Source of the DNA: an uncultured delta proteobacterium
GTDB lineage: Bacteria; Desulfobacterota; WTBG01; CAIYCZ01; CAIRTM01
Assembly: GCA_963804955.1 (NCBI GenBank)
Contig: CAWDSQ010000014.1
Location: 160,001 to 224,000 of the forward strand
Direction of reading: 5' to 3'
DNA length: 64,000 nt
Part shown: positions 24,562 to 33,585 of the stretch, piece after piece
How the letters are laid out: each line of letters begins with the position of its first letter
Position numbering within the stretch: position 1 is the stretch's first letter
The notes under the pieces: generated by a model
What the model was told of the DNA's origin: nothing
The model's database searches: none
The model's input: the letters and a program-made list of their open reading frames with translations, nothing else
Translations under genes and position numbers: made by a program

Positions 24562-25608
24562 ATGAGGTGCACATATTGTGCTGTAATCAGTGCGGTTCTG
24601 GTGCTTGGCCTGAGCGCACCGGGCCATGCCCGCGAGCTGCGGGAGCTGTACCGGGCAGCGGCCCCTGCCATCGTGCTCATAAAAACCATGCAGACCGACA
24701 TGGTGCAAACCTCGCGCGCTGAAGATCAGCCCCAGTTTACGACCTCCGGAGGCCTGGGCTCTGGTGCGCTTATTTCGGCAGACGGCAGAGTGCTGACGGC
24801 AGCCCATGTGGTGCAGTCGGCTGATACGGTGGCCGCGGTATTTCAGGACGGCACGCAGGTGCCTGCCCGCGTCATAACATCCGCCCCGTTTGCCGATGTG
24901 GCCATCATACAGCTTGAGACCGTCCCTAAAAACATTGCGCCCCTTAAAATGGGCAATTCCGATGAAATGGAGCCGGGGGATGAGGTATTTGTGATCGGAG
25001 CGCCCTATGGGATCAGCCATACGCTCACGGCCGGGCATATCAGCGCGCGGCACAAGCCCAGGGCCCTACTGGGCAATCTGCAGAGCGTGGAGCTGCTGCA
25101 AACCGATGCTGCAGTAAATGTTGGCAATTCCGGCGCTCCGCTGCTGAACATGAAAGGCGAAATTGTCGGCGTAGTGAGCCACATCGTGAGCCAGTCGGGC
25201 GGCTCGCAGGGGCTGGGTTTTGCCGTTACTGCCTCCGTGGTGCAGCAGGTGCTGCTTGAGCAGAAAGCGCTCTGGACGGGCATTGATTTCTTCCCGCTTG
25301 CCGGCAATCTTGCCCGGGCCTTCAACCTGCCGCAGGACGGGGGCCTTTTGGTGCAGCGCGTGGCGGCTGATTCTCCCGCCGACAAGATGGGCCTCAAGGG
25401 CGGAGCCATACGGGTGCTTGTTGACGACCAGGAATTCCTCGCAGGAGGCGACGTGATTTTGGAAGTGCTGGGCGTTGCCGTGGCAGGGGATGAGGGCGAC
25501 GGGCAGCGCATCATGCCGCTCATGCGCAGGCTGACATCGGGCGATAAGCTTAATATAACCATACTGCGGGACGGGAAAAAGAAAAAGATTTCCTATGTAC
25601 TGCCGTAA
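24562..25608 (+). CDS. HtrA/DegP-like periplasmic serine protease with PDZ domain
   Basis: GLGSG, LTAAHVV, DVAII, LQTDAAVNVGNSGAPL, C-terminal PDZ (DSPADKMGLKGG...GDVI). Confidence 0.93.
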   Translation: MRCTYCAVISAVLVLGLSAPGHARELRELYRAAAPAIVLIKTMQTDMVQTSRAEDQPQFTTSGGLGSGALISADGRVLTAAHVVQSADTVAAVFQDGTQVPARVITSAPFADVAIIQLETVPKNIAPLKMGNSDEMEPGDEVFVIGAPYGISHTLTAGHISARHKPRALLGNLQSVELLQTDAAVNVGNSGAPLLNMKGEIVGVVSHIVSQSGGSQGLGFAVTASVVQQVLLEQKALWTGIDFFPLAGNLARAFNLPQDGGLLVQRVAADSPADKMGLKGGAIRVLVDDQEFLAGGDVILEVLGVAVAGDEGDGQRIMPLMRRLTSGDKLNITILRDGKKKKISYVLP

Positions 25609-25634
25609 TTAATTTTCGACAGGGAGAAAACAGC

Positions 25635-27262
25635 ATGAAAAACATCATCAAAAAACTTGCGGCCTGCGTGTGCGGATTTCTGGTTTTCTGTATAGCCTCA
25701 AACACCCAAGCAGCCGGAATGGCCGGCACATGGGAAGGCCTGTGCAATAACAGAGAGATAAAGCTGGTTCTTACGCAGACCGACCTGCAGGTTTCAGGAA
25801 CGCTTGAGCTGGGCAGGGAAACATTTACCGTGGAGGGCTCGACGGACAATTCTTCGGACAATGGAACCCTGACCCTTGAGGGCACGGGCGGCAATGGCAT
25901 ATTCCCCCGCTCCTGCACGGCTGATTTTACTAATACCCTCTCCGGGCCATATGACCGGCACCGTAACCGTGCGGACATCGTTCGGACTGAACACTGTTTT
26001 CCGGTGAGGCCAGCCTCCTGAACCCTGACGTGCAGGTCGACTTCACGCTGGTCATCGGTCATGCGCAAGCGCCGAGCAATATCTATCTCTTCTTCACCGT
26101 GCAGGACGGCAACGGCAAGCCTGTAACCGGGCTTGAAAGATGACGATTTCGAAATCTATGAAGACGATATCCCCATTTCCAACTCGAAAGCTCCCAGACC
26201 ATATTCCCCAATCCTTCGATTTATACCATGGCCACGGTGCTGCTGCTTGACATGTCGGGTTCGGTGCTGGAAGCGGACCCACCGGTATTTGCATCGCTCA
26301 AGGACTCGGCAGCGGCATTCCTGGACAATGTCGTCGGCGAGCAGGGACAGGAAGTGGCTATCTACTACTTTGACGGACAGGCGCAGATACACAAGCTTGC
26401 CGAATTCAGTAAAGACATCGACTCGCTCAAAACGACGGTCCAGAGTCTGACGGTCAGCGGCATACAAAACGCGGTAGGCTATGACCCCTCGACCAATCTC
26501 AACGGCGCGGTGCAGCAGGGGCTTGCCGCTCTTGACGCGGCTCGAACTGCTACCGGCGCCGACAAGCTGTTTATCGGCACGCTGGTTACCTTCACCGACG
26601 GCACTGACCAGGCACACCTGGTCACCGATGATGCCGCCGTTGCATCGGTGATGGCGTCAACCCATTATTCTTTCACCATAGGCCTTGGCGGAGAGATAGA
26701 TGAAACTCATCTTAAAAATCTCGGCAAATCAGGCTTTGCCTGGGCACAAGACAGCGATGATCTCAACGGCGCCTTTGCTGAAATCGCCGCCACCATCTAC
26801 AGCCAGAGCGCCAAGCGCTATATTCTGGGCTACTGTACGCCCTCCCGCAAAGGCGACCACAGGGTGACGCTCAAGATCAAAAACCGTCCCGGCGAGCTTA
26901 ATTTTGCCTTCAGCGCCGATGGATTTTCAGGCGGCTGCGATCCCACCGATATTCTGGGGGGCGGCATAATACCGGGCGATGCTGACCGGTGCCTGTTCCA
27001 GGTCGAACCCGGCAGCGTCTTCCGGCCGCTGTTTGCCCGAAGCAAGCGTATACACCTGACCATAACCAGCGACGAGCCGATCCTTTCAAAAAAAAGCACT
27101 GTCGAGATCAGCGGCATGACCGTGCTGTCGACCCGCTATGCCTGGGGCAAACTCCTGGTGACGGCGGTTTTGCCGCCCAAGGCTGCCAAAGACGACTATG
27201 ATATTACGATCACCAACACCGAAGCCAAATTCGTCTGCTTTGACGTGCTGACCGTCAAGTGA
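25635..27262 (+). CDS. Secreted von Willebrand factor A domain protein (frameshifted N-terminal part)
   Basis: Signal peptide at 25635. Fragment VQDGNGKPVTGLKDDDFEIYED. MIDAS LLLDMSGS, STNL, VTFTDG, YILGYCTP. Confidence 0.75.
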
Positions 27263-27275
27263 GCGTCGGGGCGCC

Positions 27276-27977
27276 ATGACCATCCAGGCTTTTCTTGAAC
27301 GCTTTGAAGGAGCGCCGCTTGACGAGCAGGCCCTTTCTGCATACGAAATCTGGGCGCTGCGCCACTTCCACGACCGGGCCGAGGTCGCCGCGCCGAATCT
27401 TGAAGTGACCCTGCAGCTTGACATAACGGCTGCGGACGCCACATTTCGTTCCGCCTGCGCCGATGCCCCCGGCGCAAGCCTCACGGCATATCTGTGCTGG
27501 CGCCTGCTTAAGGCTCTTGAGCTGCACCCCTGCTTCACCTGGCGCAAAATAGGCGGCCGGTGGTATACATTTAAAAATCTGCCCCTCTTTTTCCCGGTGG
27601 CTGTCGGCGGCAGGGAGCGCTACAATGACGTGCTGCTTGAAAACGCCTTTGGCCTTGAGTGGGAGGCATTCTGCGGCCGCTACCATGAGTCGGTTGCAAG
27701 CGCCCTGCAGCTGAGGCTTCCCTTCGATCCGGTCGGCTCAGCAGTCTGGAACTTTGCCATTTTCATCGGCAATCTGCCCACGCTGCAGTTTACCTCGTTC
27801 AGCATTCACACGCAGACGGTCTCGACGGGCAGGCCCGTCTTTTATTTCGGCAAGCGCTACCGCGCGGGCGACGGCCTCTACATACCGCTCTATGTGCAGT
27901 TCGACCATGCCAATACCGACCCCTATGTGCTCAATCTTTTCCTTGAGGATTACCAGCGCCTGCTTGAAAAGATTTAG
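27276..27977 (+). CDS. CatA-like O-acetyltransferase (chloramphenicol acetyltransferase fold)
   Basis: VTLQLDIT, GNLPTLQFTSF, PVFYFGKR, IPLYVQFDHANTDPY (HxxxD catalytic motif). Confidence 0.8.
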   Translation: MTIQAFLERFEGAPLDEQALSAYEIWALRHFHDRAEVAAPNLEVTLQLDITAADATFRSACADAPGASLTAYLCWRLLKALELHPCFTWRKIGGRWYTFKNLPLFFPVAVGGRERYNDVLLENAFGLEWEAFCGRYHESVASALQLRLPFDPVGSAVWNFAIFIGNLPTLQFTSFSIHTQTVSTGRPVFYFGKRYRAGDGLYIPLYVQFDHANTDPYVLNLFLEDYQRLLEKI

Positions 27978-28025
27978 CATGGCGCTACTATTCCTCTCGA
28001 ACGACGGGTGTAAAGGGAAAAAGGC

Positions 28026-28538
28026 ATGTACGCTGCAATCCATACAACCTTTGATGAAATAAGGCGCCTTTTCTTCCCTCAATGGGACAGGAGCGGCGCA
28101 TGGCGACTTGCGGTGCGTGAGGAGCTGCCCTGTTTTGGCTGCTGCGATTTTGAGAAAAAAACCATAACAATCCGGTCCCTGCCAGCAGGCGACGGCCTCC
28201 GGCTGCTGCTGATTCACGAAATCTGCCACTGCTGCGCAGGAAGAAGTCATGGCAAAAAATGGCAGGGCCGCATGCTCATGGCTGCTGCAGCAGCATCCAC
28301 TGCAGGCATGCATGATCTTGCAGGGATGCTCGCCGACGAAGCAGCGACCACCGGTGCGGCAGGAGCAGCCATACGTGCCGGTGCTGTCTATGCGGCTATC
28401 AGGGACTGCGCTGCCGATTATCCGACTGCGGCATTTGATGAAATAAAGGGGATGGTCTGCCGGCGGCTGGGTCTTTGCACAGAGGAATTTGAAAAGATTT
28501 ACCGCTGCGCGAGGAAGGTCTTTGAGCAAAAATTGTAG
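28026..28538 (+). CDS. SprT-like zinc metalloprotease domain protein
   Basis: LLIHEICH followed by SHGKKWQ. Confidence 0.7.
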   Translation: MYAAIHTTFDEIRRLFFPQWDRSGAWRLAVREELPCFGCCDFEKKTITIRSLPAGDGLRLLLIHEICHCCAGRSHGKKWQGRMLMAAAAASTAGMHDLAGMLADEAATTGAAGAAIRAGAVYAAIRDCAADYPTAAFDEIKGMVCRRLGLCTEEFEKIYRCARKVFEQKL

Positions 28539-28569
28539 GGGCAGGTTTGAGCTGACAACCTGCCCCTAC
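28535..28569. repeat. GTAG-type REP palindrome between convergent genes
   Basis: GTAGGGGCAGGTT...AACCTGCCCCTAC. Confidence 0.7.
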
Positions 28570-28576
28570 GAAAATT

Positions 28577-29140
28577 TTACCCCGCAAGGGACTTGCCAAG
28601 CTCGAAAGCTTCCTTCATAACCGCTTTGTTCTTGAGTATATCTCCGGGCTCAAGGCCCGTGCCGTACACAGAGCCTACAAACGGGGCTTCAAGATACGCA
28701 AAGGCATCCTGAAATGTCCGCAGGGCATTGACAGCGCCGGAGCGGAAGGGATCATTGTCGCCATAGGTCAGAGCCACGGCCATCTTCTTGCCTTTCAAGG
28801 CATAGCCCGATGGGCCGCCAAAGCCGTAGCAGCGATCCATAAAAAGCTTCAGCTGCGCCGACATGGTGAAAAAGTAAATCGGGCTGGCAAAAATGATCCC
28901 GTCGGCCGCCATTACTTTTGCATACAGCTTCTGCATGTCATCCTTGATGATGCAGAACGTGTCGTCGGCTGCGTGGCATTTGTCGCAGGCTGTGCAGGGC
29001 TTGATTTTAATCCGGTGCAGATTCACAAACTCTACCCGCGCGCCTGCAGCCTTTGCGCCGTCGGCTATTTTCTGCGCCAGCAGCGTACTGTTGCCGTTTT
29101 TGCGGGGGCTTGAAATGAGTGCAATGATTGACTTTGCCAT
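28577..29140 (-). CDS. Flavodoxin family / iron-sulfur flavoprotein-like protein
   Basis: SSPRKNGNS, PCTACDKC...CIIKDDM, ADGIIFASPIYF, LKLFMDR. RBS AGGAGG before ATG 29140. Confidence 0.9.
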   Translation of the reverse strand: MAKSIIALISSPRKNGNSTLLAQKIADGAKAAGARVEFVNLHRIKIKPCTACDKCHAADDTFCIIKDDMQKLYAKVMAADGIIFASPIYFFTMSAQLKLFMDRCYGFGGPSGYALKGKKMAVALTYGDNDPFRSGAVNALRTFQDAFAYLEAPFVGSVYGTGLEPGDILKNKAVMKEAFELGKSLAG

Positions 29141-29324
29141 GACTTCCTCCTTTATAAATGGCGCCTGGTGTTGGCTTTCTTTTGCTTTCAGCCGCGGCTT
29201 AATTGCAGACAGGGTCCAGTCTGTTCGCCTGCCGCAGGGAAACATTTCAACTTTCTGTTTTTTCAAGAATCCACCTGTTTCCTTTTCGATCTGCTCAATT
29301 ATTTTTTCAGCACCTAATCAAAAT

Positions 29325-29384
29325 GTGGGTGCGCGCAGCGCACCCTACTGACCCCTGGCTCCTGAATTCTGGCTACTGACTTCT
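29325..29384 (-). repeat. GTAG-type REP next to five heptamer tandem repeats
   Basis: Minus strand AGAAGTC AGTAGCC AGAATTC AGGAGCC AGGGGTC, then GTAGGGTGCGCTGCGCGCACCCAC. Confidence 0.6.
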
Positions 29385-30725
29385 CTCCTGTGTTTTTGCA
29401 AGCGCATACTCCGCCGCCTGCCGCATATATACAATAGCCTGCCGTATCCCGGCAAGCTCTTCAAAACCGAAAGAAAGACGCAGCTGCCTCCTGCCGGCCT
29501 CTACCAGATCGCCCTGCGGGTGCACGCAGAACTCTCCGGGCACATAGATGACGCGCGGAGGCTTGCTGTCTGCCTGGCCGTCAATGGCCGGGTCGCCGGT
29601 TGTACGGGCAAGAAATCTGTAAAAAGCTGCGCCCTCGGCTGTTTCGATATCTTTAAATGTTAAATAGAAATAGAACCCTGCCCTGCCCCCGCAGCACTCG
29701 GAAAGATAGGGCCCAAGTTCCTCGTCGATCCAGCCCCGAACAGCCGCCGCCTTTTCCCGGTAGCCCTGCCGGACTTTTTCAACCTGCCTGCCCATATGGT
29801 GGTCCAGCAGACAGCTTGCAACTTCCTGCGAAATAAGCGGCGCGCTGAACCCCACATCGCTGGTCTTCTGCACCATGGCATCCAGAAACGGCCCGGCAGG
29901 CCCGGTCATGTAGCCGATGCGCAACGCAGGGGAGAGAATCTTTGAAAGCGTTCCAACCTCAAAGACCTGCCCCAGCCTGTCAAAAAGCAGCGGCGACTGC
30001 GGGGCCTCAACTGCCGCATCATGCACCAGGTCTTCATAGGCTTTGTCGAATATGAGCGGTATCTTTCTGCCAAGCTCATGAGAAAGCGTTTCCGCCAGGG
30101 CAACGATGGCCCGCCGCCGCTCATTGGCAAGTATGCTGCCCGTGGGGTTATTGACCGTAACGATATAGAAAAAGCTGATCTCGTTTTTACGAGGGCCGAG
30201 AGCATGGAGTTTCTCCTGCAGCAGATCTGGCCGCATGCCGTCATTGTCCTCAGCAACGGCAAGCACGTCAAAGCCCAGCCGCTCAAGGCAGTTGCAGTAA
30301 ATATAATACATGGGGTCTGAGGTGACCACGATGCCCCGCCGCAGCACATGGGCCGCGCCTTCAAGCAGGCTTGTGGCGCCGCTGGGGCCGATGATGATGC
30401 GCAGCCGGTCGAGCACATCAGCCGTCAGCCCGCCGATGCCGTTCTGCAGGTGATACTTTCTGATGGAGGCGATAAGGTTTGCCGACCCTTCCGGCCCGCC
30501 GTAGTTGAACGGCACGCGGTACTTCTCGGGTTGTGCAATGACCTGCTGCACCGCCTCAAGAATGAGGCTGTAGGGTATGGTGTTTTCGTTCACATACCCC
30601 ACGCCGAGATTAATATCGACGCCGTCGCGGAAATCCTCGGCAAAAGAGGCCATCATGCGGTTGACCGGCGATGGCCTGCTTGAGGCAGCGCCGTAGTCGG
30701 AGAGGGAAAAATTTTGAGGTTCCAT
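29373..30725 (-). CDS. PLP-dependent class I/II aminotransferase (2-aminoadipate transaminase / MocR-like catalytic domain)
   Basis: NNPTG, FDKAYEDL, GTLSKILSPALRIGY, LRLSFG. Confidence 0.9.
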   Translation of the reverse strand: MEPQNFSLSDYGAASSRPSPVNRMMASFAEDFRDGVDINLGVGYVNENTIPYSLILEAVQQVIAQPEKYRVPFNYGGPEGSANLIASIRKYHLQNGIGGLTADVLDRLRIIIGPSGATSLLEGAAHVLRRGIVVTSDPMYYIYCNCLERLGFDVLAVAEDNDGMRPDLLQEKLHALGPRKNEISFFYIVTVNNPTGSILANERRRAIVALAETLSHELGRKIPLIFDKAYEDLVHDAAVEAPQSPLLFDRLGQVFEVGTLSKILSPALRIGYMTGPAGPFLDAMVQKTSDVGFSAPLISQEVASCLLDHHMGRQVEKVRQGYREKAAAVRGWIDEELGPYLSECCGGRAGFYFYLTFKDIETAEGAAFYRFLARTTGDPAIDGQADSKPPRVIYVPGEFCVHPQGDLVEAGRRQLRLSFGFEELAGIRQAIVYMRQAAEYALAKTQERSQ

Positions 30726-30773
30726 AGTCTATTTATGTTGGGTGAGCTGCGTCTGTTTCGATAAAAAACAGTT

Positions 30774-31544
30774 TCATTTCTGCTCTATGCTGTCAAGCTC
30801 GGCCGTGAAGCTGCCGACAACGACCTCGCTTTTAACCAGCACCGGTATCCTGCGCTTGTCGGCCGTTACCCATATCTGGAGTTTTGCATTCGGGCTTTTT
30901 TCAAATACCCCGCCGATCTGCCCCAGCTCAGGCTCCACAAGCCAGGTGTCAAACTCTTTGCCGCTGACCAGAACCTTCTGTCTGCCGACCACGCGCGCTT
31001 TGCCCATGACGCAGCGCTTGCCGTCTGACACGGGCCGCGCTATCTCCATGTTCTGCTGAAGCTCCTGGGTTCGAAAAAAATAAAAGATGGAAAGTGGGTC
31101 AAACGCGCCGGGCAGCAGGGCAACAGGGGCTCTCTTTTTTCGGTTTTTGCTGTAGGTTACCTTCTGTGCTTTCCAGTCGAACGTGACGGACACATCCTTT
31201 ATTTTCCGCGTTTCTTTCCTCTCCTTATACAGCAGGGCATGCGTCATGTCAGCATCGGCATAGGCGTCCATGCGGTCATACACGGGGTAGATATGTTCAA
31301 CCAGGGGCGATGTTTTTGCCGTCATGACAAAATGCCAGGCCGCCTTGCCGTCAATCTTTTCCATGGGCAGAATTTCAAGCGTTGCTTCCGCTGCCTCGAT
31401 TGTGGTCCAGTACACCGTGTAGTGAAACTTCTCGCCGGGCCGAAATGGCAGGGGCTCGGCAGCCATTGCCGCATGGCACGACATGCTGAGACAGGATAAT
31501 GGAGTATGCTTGAGCACCAGCTTTGTGCGCAACAGCCGGAACAT
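30774..31544 (-). CDS. DUF3108 family secreted protein
   Basis: FRPGEKFHYTVYW, AFDPLSIFYFFR, IWVTADKRRIPV, VGSFTAEL. Confidence 0.8.
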   Translation of the reverse strand: MFRLLRTKLVLKHTPLSCLSMSCHAAMAAEPLPFRPGEKFHYTVYWTTIEAAEATLEILPMEKIDGKAAWHFVMTAKTSPLVEHIYPVYDRMDAYADADMTHALLYKERKETRKIKDVSVTFDWKAQKVTYSKNRKKRAPVALLPGAFDPLSIFYFFRTQELQQNMEIARPVSDGKRCVMGKARVVGRQKVLVSGKEFDTWLVEPELGQIGGVFEKSPNAKLQIWVTADKRRIPVLVKSEVVVGSFTAELDSIEQK

Positions 31545-31565
31545 TATTTCGATACCTCATAAATT

Positions 31566-32180
31566 TTACGTACGGCCGTGTAGGGTGCGTTCCTTTTCTT
31601 TTTGCCGCGGGCGCTTCTCGACCGACCAGCCGAACTTGCCGATCAGCCTGCCCAGGGTAAAATAATTGCCATGCAGGTAGCAGATGGGCCCGGCTTTTGA
31701 AAGCTTAAACGCCCCGGTAGCAGGGTTGATGAGCCCTTCATCGGCGTTGATGGCCACGACCTCGGCAAGAAACATATCATGCGAGCCCAGGGTCCTGATG
31801 TCCACAACCCTGCACTCAATGTTGAGGGGCGACTCTTTGATAAGCGGCGCTTGCACCTTCTGCGCCGGTACCGGGATAAGGCCCATTTCCTTGAACTTGT
31901 CGAAATCGCGGCCCGACTTCACGCCGCACCAGTCGGTGGCGCGGGCAAGCGCCTCGGTGGTGAGGTTGATGACAAACTCACCCGTCTTCCTGATAATATC
32001 GTGGGAATACCGCTCCGGCCGGATCGAAATGGTGCACATGGGCGGGTCCGAACAGACCGTGCCGGTCCAGGCGATGGTGATAATGTTCCAGCCTGTCTGC
32101 TGCGTGCCGCAGCTGACCATCACGGCGGGCGCGGGATAAATCATGGTGCCGGGCTTCCAGACGACTTTCTTATTCTTCAT
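31566..32180 (-). CDS. Flavin reductase-like (DIM6/NTAB, flavoredoxin-type) protein
   Basis: YPAPAVMVS, NIITIAW, GEFVIN, SGRDFDKF, ESPLNIEC, GSHDMF. Confidence 0.9.
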   Translation of the reverse strand: MKNKKVVWKPGTMIYPAPAVMVSCGTQQTGWNIITIAWTGTVCSDPPMCTISIRPERYSHDIIRKTGEFVINLTTEALARATDWCGVKSGRDFDKFKEMGLIPVPAQKVQAPLIKESPLNIECRVVDIRTLGSHDMFLAEVVAINADEGLINPATGAFKLSKAGPICYLHGNYFTLGRLIGKFGWSVEKRPRQKEKERTLHGRT

Positions 32181-33558
32181 ACAATTTTTTTCTCCGGTGC
32201 CGGAAGGTATAGTAATTGAGATTAAGCAGCCGTGCGGCCTCGCTTTCGTTCCCCCCCGACATGCTCAGCGCTTCATCAATGTAGTTTTTTTCTATGGCCT
32301 TCATCGCAGCAGGCAGGTCAAAGCCCGATGAAGTCAGGGCAGGCACGCCGGGACCCGGAGCGGACGCCCCGGCCTGCGCTTTTGCCAGAAACGCTTCAGG
32401 CAGAATATTCTCCAGCGCCAGCAGCGGGCCGCGGCCGGTCAGCACGCCCCGCTCGATCACATTGCGCAGCTCGCGCACATTGCCCTTCCAGTCGCGATTG
32501 AGCAGCGCCTGCTCGGCCTCGGCTGTGATGCCGGTAAATTCTTTGCCGAACTTGGCGCTGAACCCGATCATGAAATGGCGGGCTATGGGCAGTATATCCT
32601 CCGTGCGTTTGCTGAGCCGGGGGATATCGACTTTTATAACGGCAAGGCGGTAGTAGAGGTCGCGGCGGAACCGTTCAGCCTCGATCATCTGCTCGACGTC
32701 GCGGTTGGTGGCTGAAATGACGCGGGTTTTCACGCGCTTCTTCTGCGTGCCGCCGACGCGGTAATATTCGCCCTCCTCGAGAAAGCGCAGCAGCTTTGCC
32801 TGCGCCTCCAGGCTCATGTCCGCCACTTCGTCTAAAAACAGGGTGCCGCCGGCGGCCTCCTCCACAAGGCCCCGCTTGCCCTTTTCATGGGCCCCGCTGA
32901 AAGCGCCTTTCTCATAGCCGAAAAGTTCGCTTTCGATCAGCTCCCGGGGGATGGCGGCGCAGTTGAGCGTTATGAACGGGCCCTTGAAATTGGGGCTTTT
33001 GTAATGAATTGCAGCCGCCACCAGCTCCTTGCCCGTGCCGGTTTCGCCGCAGATGAGCACCGGCGTGTCCGGGCTTTGCGCAACAAGATTCACAAATTCC
33101 ATGACGCTCTGGATCGACTGGCTCTCGCCGATGAAACAGGGGATGTTTTCTTCGAGATAGCGCTCCTGCAGGCGCTGCACCTCCTTGCGCAGGCGCACGG
33201 TTTCAACGGCGTTGCGGATGGTAACCAGCAGGGCCTCCATATGCACCGGCTTGACAATATAGTCATAGGCCCCGAGCTTCATGGCGGACACCACGGTTGC
33301 TATATCCTCGAATGCCGTGATCATGATCACGACGGTGTCCGGCCTGAGCTTTTTTACCTCCTGCAAAGCCTCAATGCCGTTCATGCCCGGCAGGCCGATA
33401 TCCAGAAGGATCAGATCGGGCGCCTGCGACCTGACGGCCTCCAGCGCCTTTTCAGCGTCTTCAAAGCTCTTCACGTCATACTCTTTCTGCAGCGCCAGGG
33501 TCATGCCGTTGCGCGCTGTCGCCTCGTCATCGACGATAAATAGTGAGTAGGTAAGCAT
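32170..33558 (-). CDS. NtrC-family sigma-54-dependent response regulator
   Basis: REC (IVDDE, LLDIGLPGMNG), GETGTGKE, ESELFGYEKGAFSGA, FLDEV, GNVREL, C-terminal HTH. Confidence 0.95.
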   Translation of the reverse strand: MLTYSLFIVDDEATARNGMTLALQKEYDVKSFEDAEKALEAVRSQAPDLILLDIGLPGMNGIEALQEVKKLRPDTVVIMITAFEDIATVVSAMKLGAYDYIVKPVHMEALLVTIRNAVETVRLRKEVQRLQERYLEENIPCFIGESQSIQSVMEFVNLVAQSPDTPVLICGETGTGKELVAAAIHYKSPNFKGPFITLNCAAIPRELIESELFGYEKGAFSGAHEKGKRGLVEEAAGGTLFLDEVADMSLEAQAKLLRFLEEGEYYRVGGTQKKRVKTRVISATNRDVEQMIEAERFRRDLYYRLAVIKVDIPRLSKRTEDILPIARHFMIGFSAKFGKEFTGITAEAEQALLNRDWKGNVRELRNVIERGVLTGRGPLLALENILPEAFLAKAQAGASAPGPGVPALTSSGFDLPAAMKAIEKNYIDEALSMSGGNESEAARLLNLNYYTFRHRRKKLYEE

Positions 33559-33585
33559 GTCAGCCTTTGCTTGAGGTTTTTGATT

